Of a stretch of DNA of 64,000 nt, positions 13,440 to 29,820 are shown piece by piece (within the stretch, counting starts at the first letter, position 1; each line of letters opens with the position of its first letter). Source of the DNA: Paragordius varius (lineage: Eukaryota; Animalia; Nematomorpha); NCBI GenBank assembly GCA_964247055.1, contig OZ176052.1, positions 5,270,001 to 5,334,000 on the forward strand. Reading direction: 5' to 3'. The notes below the pieces were generated by a model. The model had not been told where the DNA came from. It made no database searches and saw only the letters and a list, made by a program, of their open reading frames with translations. The translations under genes and the position numbers were made by a program.

Positions 13440-14420
13440 GTTCCCATTTCACCCATTTTTTAGGAAATGCTTTAATGCCATGCTAGAAAAACTTATTGTT
13501 TTTTGCGCCAAATCCTTAATTCTCCAACGTGCTCGAAATTATGGTACTACTCTGCAGGCATGTATACCATTGATGCTAAGAGATAAAAGTCAGATGGTCC
13601 CAGATCAGGAGAATACGGCGGATGGTTTGCTAACAAGATTTTAAGGTGTCTGTCACTAGTTTTGCTGTGTGAGACGGAGCATTGTTAGCTAATATCACTT
13701 TGTCATGATTTATGGCATTACGCGAGTTCTTGGACATGGTTTATATTTTTTATGATTTGGCCATAAGTTGTGCATTAACGGTTTCATCGTGCTTGAAAAA
13801 TTTTAATACTTAATGCTGCTTGATTCCAGCAGACACAAAGCATGATCTCCTTGCCAAAGCGATTTGGCCTTTGTGTTGGTGAATCGGCTTGGAAAGGTAA
13901 AAATCCTGATTTTTTCGCTTTGGATTTAGAATAAAGCTTCTCAGACCTCGTCATAATTAAAGGCTCAAGCTCAAAGTCCATCAACGAGTTTCAATTTGAC
14001 GTTTATTTTAATTGTACGGGACTTATTAACCGAGTTTATTTTTTACCATTTCTCGCTGTCTACTGATAGCTACATGTGTTGCTTCTGCTGATGCCGCGTT
14101 TGACTGAGTCTTGCACTTCATGCAGTCGTAAGTTCTAGAGCGTCTTCTATCTAGATTGAAATTACAATTTTTAATTTTGGGAACCATGTTTTACATGTTA
14201 TCTGAAGCACAATCATATGCTTCTACGTGTAAACGATGACTTCCAACAGTCATTTTCTTCTGGAATAAGAAAAGCAATCCCGTAAATGTTTTTTTCCAAG
14301 CAAAAAATTTGGCATGAATACCGAATGATAAAAAAGACGCTTTTTTGACTGATTCAACTAGTGTCTGTTTGTCGTTAAATGTCAGATAAACATTGGCGTC
14401 TATGTGAAATTAATTCGTAC
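13440..14420 (-). pseudogene. Decayed mariner (Mos1-like) transposase
   Basis: Fragments in shifting frames: HTH-like HRLHVEAY..ASDN, MTRSEKLYS (consensus TGDEKW), GKEIMLCVCWN (GKKVMLCVWW), HDKVILANNAPSHTA (HDNARPH) and HPPYSPDLGPSDFYL (YSPDLAPSD). Multiple stops and frameshifts. Confidence 0.85.
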
Positions 14421-15216
14421 CCGCTGAAGTTTTTTTAAATCAAATCAGTAATGATTTATGGCTACACCTTGAAGTATATTTTCCTTTAGATTAATTTTTC
14501 TTTATTAAATTATGGAAATAATGGTAGTAATAGCAAGATTTATATTTTTTAAAAAAACCGGCGCGACAAAAAATGAAAGTTTTTAAAATATTTTTCAAGT
14601 TCTAAAAACACTGAAAGCGTCCGATTCTATTTTCAAATTTTATATAAAATATCTTGGCAAAGCAAATTAATCAATCAAAAATATGTTAAATGTATGTATA
14701 TTACAAAAATACATTTCATCGTATGACGTATGTACTTATGATGAAATTATAACACCACGCTACAGAAGAAAGCGAATCAAAACTTATCAATATGCATAAC
14801 AGCTAAATCCATTTAAAATAGAAATTATACCGAAATAAATTGGGGACAAAAACTAAGAAATAAATACCATAAAGGTCAAACGTAAATGCGCCCATCAATT
14901 TGATTTCTTATGGCTAAATCTTAAAATGGCCGTAGAAATTCCCTCTTTGGTATATCGCCTTCCAATGCCAAATCATCTTGATTAACTGGATTATACGTTT
15001 ATTTGGCATTGTTTTCGATATGTAAATTTTTAAAGCATATAAAACTCATTCTAAGTCCCGAAAGTTACCAATATTAATCATTATATCATAGAAAATTTTG
15101 TACGACATATGGCATTTATTGATATATTAAATATGGTACATCCATCTCAAATAATTAATAAAAAGTTACATATTTATTGGCACATATATAAAGGAAAAGG
15201 GCACAACAGTTTTAAT

Positions 15217-19897
<4,681 letters not shown>

Positions 19898-19982
19898 TGA
19901 AATTATTTCGTTTATTTTAGACGTCATTTCAAATTTCGAGCGATTGGTTCATGAATGCAAATAATATGACTCTTTACTATTA

Positions 19983-21770
19983 TCTATATATTTATAAAAA
20001 TGGAAAATGCTGGCTTTGTGATCTGGTACAGGAAAACCGGTAGACCCAATCAAATCCAAATATCGAAAAAATATAATCATTAATAAATGTCCCGACAATA
20101 GCTTCGCCCTTTTTTTGAAATAGGCCCCCAGTTCGGGCCCACCCCGTATGAAAAACGGGTTTTTTTTGAAAACAGAAGTCCACAAAATCGTGTTTTTGAG
20201 ACAATTTTCCGGAGAACGTGTTGGACCATTCAATTTTAAATATGATTTTTGTTTACTTATTTTCGATTGCGCCGAACATAGCCGAGCCACTTTTTTGATT
20301 TAGGCCCTCTTTTTACCCGCTCCCCCCGTGAAATGTCACTTTTTTCAAAAAACAAAGTCCACAAAAATAATTTTTTAAATCGATTTTTCGCCCTAGGTAT
20401 GAGACCGTAAAAATTAAATAAAGATTCCACGTATTCCCTGTTAAAAGGCAAAAATTTTAGTCCACCGTTTATTTGATGATAGCTGCTGGGTAAGGAGCTA
20501 CCCGCTAAAAACTGATTTTTCATATAACTTTGTGATCTGTTTCCGGAAAACCGGTGAACCCAATCAAATCCAAACATCGAAAAAATTTAATCATTAATGA
20601 ATGCCCCGACAATAGCTTCGCCCTTTTTTGGAATTAGGTCCCCAGTTTGGGCCCACCCCGTGTGAAAAATGGGTTAAGTCAATTTTTTGGAGAACGTGTT
20701 GGACCATTCAATTTCAAATATGATTTTTGTTTACTTATTTTTGATCGCGCTGAACATGGTCGAGTCACTTTTTTGATTTAGGCCCTCTTTTTACCCGCTA
20801 CCCCCGTAAAATGCCATTTTTTTCAAAAAAAAACAAAGTCCACAAAAATATTTTTTTGATTGTATTTTTTTGTCCACGGTATGAGACTGTAAAAATTCGA
20901 GAAAAATTTTTCGTATTGCCTGTTAAAAGGCAAAAATTTTAGTCAAGCGTTTCTTTGCTGATAGATGCTGAGTAAGGAGTATCTATCATATGCACAGCAT
21001 GTTAAAAGATATATGGATATTAATACATTATTTATCCTCATCTATATATTTATAAAAATGGAAAATGCTGGCTTTGTGATCTGGTACAGGAAAACCGGTA
21101 GACCCAATCAAATCCAAATATCGAAAAAATATAATCATTAATAAATGTCCCGACAATAGCTTCGCCCTTTTTTTGAAATAGGCCCCCAGTTCGGGCCCAC
21201 CCCGTATGAAAAACGGGTTTTTTTTGAAAACAGAAGTCCACAAAATCGTGTTTTTGAGACAATTTTCCGGAGAACGTGTTGGACCATTCAATTTTAAATA
21301 TGATTTTTGTTTACTTATTTTCGATTGCGCCGAACATAGCCGAGCCACTTTTTTGATTTAGGCCCTCTTTTTACCCGCTCCCCCCGTGAAATGCCACTTT
21401 TTTCAAAAAACAAAGTCCACAAAAATAATTTTTTAAATCGATTTTTCGCCCTAGGTATGAGACCGTAAAAATTCGAGAAGGATTTTTCGTAATGCCTGTT
21501 AAAAGGCAAAAATTTTAGTCAGGCGTTTCTTTAATGATAGCTGCTGAGTAAGGAATATCTATCATATGTATAGCATGTTAAAAGATATATGGATATTAAA
21601 ACCTTATTTATGGTAATCTATATATTTATAAAAATGGAAAATGCTGGCTTTGTGATCTACAGGAAAACCGGTAGACCCATTCAAATCCAAACTTCCAACC
21701 CTCCCCCCCTCCCCCCCCAGAAGTCCGAAGGACTTCCTCGGGCTGCGTAGCAGCACGAGATTCACGCTAG
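19983..21770 (+). mobile_element. Non-autonomous Helitron array (three 5' ends, one 3' end)
   Basis: A|TCTATATATTTATAAAAATGG at 19983, 21041 and 21617; 3' hairpins GAAGTCC-GAA-GGACTTC and GCTGC-GTA-GCAGC followed by CTAG|T at 21767-21771; internal ~515-bp tandem subunits. Confidence 0.85.
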
Positions 21771-22496
21771 TTATATATAAATATTGAATCTATATAATTT
21801 ATATAATGATATATAATAACTAAAATATTTTACAAAAAAATACATATATATATATATATATATATATTACATATATATTCTTAGCTGCATAATAGTTTAA
21901 TATTATGTCTATTACACAGCTAGTGACACCAAATTCTAAACGATTCTTATCATTATATGATAGTTTAGTCTAAAGCGGGCGATATAGGATTAGAAAAAAG
22001 GTTTTTGGGCCAAATTTAGCCCTCATACGCATATAAAATTTATCTTAAACTTTTTTGGTTTTTATATATGAATATTTATTATCGCGAATACAGATAAATG
22101 AATGTACATCATGGTAAAAATGCAAATAATTAGCTTTAATAACTGTAAATCTGGCTGTTTGATTAAACCTATTTTATTTTAGGACCTAAGTAAACTAAAA
22201 ATAATAGTTATGTAATTAATGAGAACGATGTTTGATAATTAATAAAAACAAAATAATTTTTTGATAAAACAGCTATGGGGGGTATAATATTTTGAAAAAA
22301 AATCGATTGCAAAAAATTAAAAATAAAATTAAAAATACTAATTTCCGTTGTAAGAGAATTTTAGATACATTCAAGATCAAAATGGTTCTTTTGATTCGAA
22401 CCTTACGAGGATATAATAAGTTCTGACTTTTGTGGTAAATATCAGAAAAAGGCATTTGCGCACATTTTGATAAAAAAAATTTTTATGAAGACTTAA

Positions 22497-22926
22497 CACT
22501 TGGATACAACACATTCATTTCAGTTTCAAATTGGGGTAGTTAAATACCCCAGGCTTGTTTAAAATTAAATATTTTAAAAAATATTAAATAGTTTCAAACC
22601 ATGGCAAAGGTTTACACTTATACAATATTAATGAACCGAAATATATTAAAAAATTGATTCAAATATACTTGATATTACCTATTAAAAGGTATAGGTAAAA
22701 ATTTAGCCATTATGACATGTGTGAATGCGAAAAATATAAAAATAATGCATAATATACCATGTTTTTTGTTTATATCAATGTTAAATGTAACTAATAAAAG
22801 GTAAATATAATTTTAGGCTTAGAATCAAATGAACACGATATTTTGCGAAAATGCTGTCAAATAAAAATGGCCCTGAAGTAGTTTGATACGGAACTTTTTC
22901 CAAAACTAATTTTTTAGATATTTTGG

Positions 22927-22970
<44 letters not shown>

Positions 22971-24006
22971 ATTAGGATGAGAGCATATATTAAAATTGGA
23001 GCCGTTTCTTTCAATAGTTTTTTAAAAATAATAACTTAAATATTGGGTGGGATGATAAAAAAGTCGCACATGACTTGTAAGTCAAGCGTGGCACGTTGAG
23101 CAAGTTTACTTAAGCCAGCAAGTGTACACTTGAAGATCGGTAAAAAACCCAAAAGTTAAGTCTTTTGCTTATGAATGTAACATTTTTTTGCCACCCGATT
23201 TGAATTTTACAGAAATTATTTTGATCATTTTCAGCAAAAAGGCACAAAAAGATAAACAATTAATACAATATACATTTATTGACATTTTTCTAATATAGAA
23301 TTTTATAAATATTGACCTGATAATTATTTTTAAATTGATGAAACCACATTAAAACAATTTATTTCTTTATTACACTACATTTTGTTTGGAGTCCATTATA
23401 TAATGGGAAGATGTATACAATATAACATAATTATTTTTAAATGATTATAAACATTACATTAAATTTATAATGAAATAAATTTTTTACATTGGTTAGTGAA
23501 GTAACCTTTTGCTTTTAATAAACTAAGATTTGATATTTACAAGATTAATATTTAATTATTAATTTTAAGAAGTTTTCGAGAATCCATTTTTTTGCGGTCA
23601 TGGAATTGATATATTTAGCATATTTTTATATGCCATATTAGCAGAGTTTTTCTATAATTTTCTCTCTTTTTTAACCACCCAATGAATAGGTTATTTAGCC
23701 AAAATTTATCAAATTAACAATTTATAGCATTAACAAAGGTTTAAATTACATATGAAACCTAAATTTTATACATAAATAGTTTCCAAAATAATATTATCCA
23801 TATTTTTAAATCTGTCAAGTGTGCTACACCACACTTGCAAAATCTTTATGTTTTACTTGATCATATGATTTTTTATCACCTATCACATGAAAGCAAGCCA
23901 TGAGTTGAAAAACTTGCAAGTCAATTCAAAAAAATTTTTTTATCACCCCACCCATTGTCTGGGGTATAAATACCTAAATTTGAATCAAAATTGGTTCATT
24001 CTAAAC
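22497..24006. mobile_element. Interrupted TTAA/CACTTGG (piggyBac-like) MITE
   Basis: TTAA|CACTTGGATACAACACATTCATTTCAG start identical to the 39618 copy; family sequence (CTGGGGTAT..AATTTGAATC) resumes at ~23957 after a nested insertion. Confidence 0.6.
23045..23953. mobile_element. PIF/Harbinger-like MITE (GGG TIR, 3-bp TSD)
   Basis: TIR GGGTGGGATGATAAAAAA versus GGGTGGGGTGATAAAAAA (17/18) with ATT direct repeat on both sides. The superfamily label is inferred from TIR and TSD only. Confidence 0.7.
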
Positions 24007-24124
24007 TAGGGTGACCAGATTTTTTGAGGAAAAAGCGGGACAAATCTGAGAAAGGGGGGCATGAGGGGGTATAACCAAAAATTTTTATACAGAAAATTTA
24101 TTGTAATGTTTATTCATTTACAAA

Positions 24125-25169
24125 TCTATATATTTATAAAAATGGAAAGTGATGGCTTTGTGATCTGTTTCCGGAAAACCGGTAGACCCATTCGAATCCA
24201 AATATCAAAAAAATATAATCATTAATGAATGCCCCGACACTAGCTTCGCCCTTTTTTGAAAGAGGCCCCCAGTTCGGGCCCACCCCGTGTGAAAAACGGG
24301 TTTTTTTGAAAACAGAAGTCCCAAAAATCGTGTCTTTGAGACAATTTTCCGGAGAACGTGTTCATTTAATATGATTTTTGTTTACTTATTTTCGATGGCG
24401 CCGAACATAGTCGGCTCGCTTTTTTAATTTAGGTCCTCTTTTTACCGCTCCCCCCGTAAAATGCCATTTTTTTCAAGAAACAAATCACAAAAATAATTAT
24501 TTATATCTATTTTTCGCCCAAGGTATGAGACTGTAAAAATTCAATAAGGATTCTACGTATTCCCTGTTAAAAGGCAAAAATTTTAGTCAGGCGTTTCTTT
24601 GATGATAGCTGCTGGGTAAGGAGTTACCCGCTAAAAACTGATCCGTCATGTGGCTTTGTGATCTGTTTCCGGAAAATCAATACACCCATTCAAATCCAAA
24701 TATCGAAAAAATAATCATTAATGAATGCCCCGACAATAGCTTCGCCCGTTTTTTGACATAGACCCTTAAGTTCGGGCTCACCCCGTGTGAAAACGGTTTT
24801 TTTGAAAACACAAGTCCACAAAAATAGTGTGTTTGAGTCAATTTTCTGGAAAACGTGTTGGACCATTCAATATGATTTTAATTTACTTATTTTCGATTGC
24901 GCCGAACATAGTCGTCTTGCTTTTTAGGCCCTCTTTTTACCCGCTCCCCCCGTAAAATGCCATTTTTTTCAATAAACCAAAATCCACAAAAATAATTTTT
25001 TGAATCTATTTTCCCCCAAGTAAAAATTATATTAGCATAGATGCACCGTTTTAAAATTCCTATGAGATCATAGCTATTTAATAATGTTTCGAAATAATCC
25101 ACATATGTGGATTACCCAGAAGTCCGAAGGACTTCATCCGGCTGCGTAGCAGCACGGGATTTACGCTAG
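24125..25169 (+). mobile_element. Non-autonomous Helitron nested in the hAT element
   Basis: A|TCTATATATTTATAAAAATGG...GAAGTCCGAAGGACTTC..GCTGCGTAGCAGC..CTAG|T; two ~500-bp subunits homologous to 19983-21770; no TSD, as expected for Helitrons. Confidence 0.87.
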
Positions 25170-26774
25170 TACATAGTAAATATAAAAAAATATTTTATTC
25201 TTTGGTATATTTTTTATTTGTGTAAATGCGTTTTAGCAGATTGTCATCATTTTTTAAAATATTGTAGTAGTCCTCACAAGAATTTGTCAAATTATATTTG
25301 ACAGATAAAATGGCCTCTAAAGTTTCAAAAATTAAATTTGACATCTGATTTACTGGAAAAAAACGCACTCAGTAGCAGCAGTGGTTCCAGGTAAAGATAG
25401 TGCAAAATCCACAATTTTTAACTAATTTTTGTATGGAACATAGTTTGTTTCAAAATGATGAAATATTTCTAGCCATTTTTTTCTACTGTATTTTTTTCTG
25501 TTGTCCATAATTTAACTTTTTCATTATTAATATATTTTTTAACTAATGATACTTCATAAAAAAGATCATTTTGAGAAAGATTACTTTTTTGGAATTTTAG
25601 GTTACTAACTTCATTGGCAACTTCCATTGCCGAAATTTTGTCACCTTCTATCAATTTAATAACATTTTGAAAGAGAGAATCTTGGTTATATAGGAACTCT
25701 AACCTTATTATTGAAAAATCAATTTCAAAAACGTTTCCAAAGTTCATTTGCCCTGTGATAAAAAATAGGATTTTAAAGGATCATACATTTTTAAAATTCT
25801 TTCGATAGCTGGCAGAAGAGCTAACCAACGAGCTTTACAATATCCAAGCATTTTTTGATATTAAACTTCTGCATTTTCACAGAATTCCTTAAGCGTTTCA
25901 ACGCATACCGTGTATATATAAAAATAGGAATATATTTTAACAACTACATTTTCCACATCTAGGGGTAACAAATCAGCAGCTGTTTGAATAGCGTTGTGTA
26001 TTATATGTGCCACCCAACGCCTTATGTTTTGATTAAGATTATCTGCTAATTTATGAAAAATATTTTTTGTTCCCCTCCTTGCTTTTCCACCGAAGTTCGT
26101 ATTGGTGTTGTTAGCGCAATATGCGATGATTTTGTCTTTTAAATTATTTTTTTCTAGAATATTCATTATTAAAGTAAAAATTATGTCGGAATTTTTACCA
26201 GGTAGAGAAATAAAATCTAAAATTTTAATTTTTACTCCGGTTTCTGGATCAAAATATCTTATTAAAGTGGGAAATAATTTTGTTTCCTTGTGATTTAATG
26301 CATTAGAATATAGCGATATGAAATTAATTTTCAGCAAATCTTTTTGTATTTCAGAAAATGCATGTAGGAAAGGACATTGCATACAATGGCTTCAGTCTTT
26401 GTACGGGCACATGTAAATTTTTCATTGAATAAGGGAATAACCTGTGAAGTACAATCCATATATCTAAAGGAATGATTGTGATTAACGGCGTGAAAAGATA
26501 AAACGCCTTCGGCTAGTGCCAAATTTTTTTCTTCCTCTCCAAAAGCGGTTTTACGATAAAATCGCTCATTTTGTAATATGATGCCGCCATATCAGCATTT
26601 TATGTTTCTGTGTTTCCATATGCTTTGTAATATCATGCTTGCCGCCATGTGCTAGGGTTCCCCCTCGCATCAAGAACATTTAACAAATGATTCATTCTTC
26701 GTTTTTTTGATAAAAAAATTCTTTCATTAATTCATCGTTGAATTTATAACCTCTTTTTGGACTCATATTTTTAA

Positions 26775-26995
26775 ACTAATATTAGTATAAAAAAATATTA
26801 TATTACCTTAATTTTCTGGAGTAAACGTATAAGCTACCCATTTTTGGTGTTAATTTGTCTTTATAATGTTGGCAGGTAATATAACTAAAATATTAGTATA
26901 AAAAAATTATCACCTTAATTATATGGAGTAAACGTATAAACTACCGATTTGTGGTATTTATTTGTCTTTTTGATAATGTTGGCAGTAGGATTAGG
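26775..26995. repeat. Direct tandem duplication, ~110 bp x2, upstream of the hAT transposase start
   Basis: AATATTAGTATAAAAAA..CCTTAATT..TGGAGTAAACGTATAA.CTACC..ATAATGTTGGCAG occurs twice. Confidence 0.75.
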
Positions 26996-27908
26996 AAGCA
27001 AAGTGTAAAATTATATGATATATATTCGAAAAAAATAAATATTTTTAATTTAAAAATAAAAAAATTATAATTTAATGATATAGATTATAAAGATAACTAA
27101 TGATAAATAATTTAATATAATCGTGATAAGGCGGGACGTCTGGTCACCCTAGGTATTTATCATGTTGATAAATATTAATAAAATTTAATTAGCCACAAAA
27201 TTCCGCATCTAAATACGTATCAACAATATTTCAAATGTTAACATAAAATGCTATGATATTCTTAAAATTTAAAATATCCATAAAATTAAGCCTATGTTAA
27301 TTCTCACGTCAATCCTCTTTCAATGCTCAGAACGAAATAATTTTGTGGAGGAGTATTTTACGCATTTAAACCATTTATGTTATAGGACTGGCAATAAAAT
27401 TACTTAACATACAATAAAATGCACACTGTAATATCGTTTTTCTAACTAATAATATAAAAATACTAGTGTCAATAAAATATATCCTAAATCAAACATTTTG
27501 ACTTTCTCCATATTAATTTATGCAAATATATTGGGTGATACGTGATATGGGATAACTTTGATATTGATTTCATAAATAATATTTAATTGAAATTAGGTGT
27601 TTATTCAAGAAATAGTAATATAATTATATAGATGTTAAGTTCTCATATATTTTGAAAATTGCAAATTAAGACTAAGATTGAAATGTTTAATAGCGAAAAT
27701 TAAATATTTGATATATTTTAACCCGTACTAAATGGATCGATTCGTAAAATTAAGGTAAAATAAATATTGATTCAATTTAACTTATCACTGTTATATACTA
27801 TTAATATCAAAATAAAAGTACCCACTCACCTAATTTAATTAATTTGACACATTTAATTTTTTGGGGCTCATTTTATTCATTTTCTAAATCTATCACCTTT
27901 TCCCGCTG

Positions 27909-29772
27909 ATGCTAACCAACCTGTTATTAATTTTAATTCTAACCGTAACAGGTAATATAAATGATACTTATATACAACATATAATTCTTGCCAAATTTTT
28001 TAATTTTTAGCTACTTTATGGTATCAATCAATGTTATATACAATTAGGGCCAAATATATTTAGGATTTTAGCTTAAAGGAAAAATAATTTGTATAATTGA
28101 TATTTTATTTTTTAAATCGGTTATACACTGTAATTTAATCTAATTGAGTGTTAAAATCGTGGATGATTTATAGATTCATGAGAAGATTTACGGCAATTCG
28201 ACTGTTTGAATTTAGAGATAATGGATAGGATAATGGAACATTTTTGCGTATAATATATTTCATTGGTTTTAAAGGGCTTCATTTTATTTTTTTGTAATAT
28301 GGCTCTAAGTATATAATATTGAGCTCTGGTTAATTTTTTCAAAATAAAAGAGCTATTTTGTCTTCCAAAATAAATGCGATATCTGATACCAACAACAATT
28401 CTAAAGAGTTAATTCTCGATCGTCCTTTAATACATAATTTCGGCGCTATATTTTGGGAAAATTTGGGAATAAACCAATATCATTTGTTAAAAGTATATTA
28501 TGGTTTCATTTGTGATATTTTATCGTAACTGATTTACCAATCGTTTTCGTCGTCTAATATACCATTTGTACTTCAAGAGTGTCCTTGAATACTTCAAGTT
28601 GGCCCTTAAAATTTTTAAATTTTGTTTTAACCATTATTTTTGCAAGTATTTTTTTATCTTATTATTTTTTAACCTAATTTTCTTTATTCATTATATATTT
28701 ATTCATTAAAAAAAATTTTTATTTAAAAACCACTTTTATATTTCATTCTAATTTTTTTCCAAATTAACAAAATTATTAACTTTTAAATGTTTTCAAAGAA
28801 ATTGTAAATAATAACCCAGAGAACTTATACATTTTTTAATTACGTAAGAAAATATTATATATACAAAATAATTTTAAATAAAGGTATACGGATTCTCAAT
28901 TATTAAAAGTTGATATTGATTTATTATTTATGTAAAATAATGGAAAATAGGTTAAAAACGATAAAATAGATGAATGATATACGATTTGATTGATAAAAGT
29001 TAAAAACAAAACAAAAAAGTCAAAGGACCAACTTGAAGTGTTCAAGGACTAACTTGAAGTGCAAGGACACTCTTGAATTGCAAATGGTATATCTTATTTT
29101 ATTTTTATTCACAAGACTTTTTAAATATATGTATAATTAAAATTTTATATGCCTAAAATGCCTAAAAGAAGAATCTGAAAATAAACTCCTATGTATACAT
29201 TTTATAATTGATAACTTTAGTTCAAGGAATGATAAGGAGGAGAAATAAGAAAAAAAATAATACCTGCATCTAGCAACAACAAATTTTTTTCGCATATTAG
29301 GACCAATGAAAAGTATACTAATTAAATTTCTGGTTAATATAATTTTCTATGATTTATTATAAGGGTCTGAGATCTAGATTAAGGCAAAAGATAATTTTTG
29401 AATGGATGTGTAATTTTGTCGAAATTTCAATAAAAAAAAATCGTTGAAATCAAACCTATATTTTTACATTAATTTATTTATTATGGACAAACTTTCGTTT
29501 ATACCACACGATGCATTTTGATAATTATGTGAAGCAGTCGAGAGATATTTAATTGGAAGCATATATTTTTGTAAACATCAATATTATATCTGCAAATAGA
29601 GTTGGTTCATTAACCGGTAAAAAATGAAAACCAACAACTGGGTAGCCTTTCAGGTTTGACCAATAACTAAATCCAGTTATATATATTTTAATTGTAATTA
29701 AAATACATTATAACAATAAAAAACACTTTTTTAAAAGCGGTCACGATATGGTCAGTAAAAAGATCGCTTAGA

Positions 29773-29820
<48 letters not shown>

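Larger units (their letters stand above)
24007..27151 (-). mobile_element. Decayed hAT element (TAGGGTG-terminus type) with transposase pseudogene ~26766-25400
   Basis: Perfect 13-bp TIR TAGGGTGACCAGA / TCTGGTCACCCTA. Transposase fragments HSFRYMDC, CARTKTEAI, NHKETKLFP.LIRYF and ANNTNTNFGG occur in different frames. No matching TSD. Confidence 0.8.

Noticed and set aside
19949-21509. Six 64-113 aa minus-strand ORFs, some duplicated
   Set aside because: They lie inside the non-coding Helitron subunits. The duplication reflects the DNA repeat, and there are no Rep/Helicase motifs.
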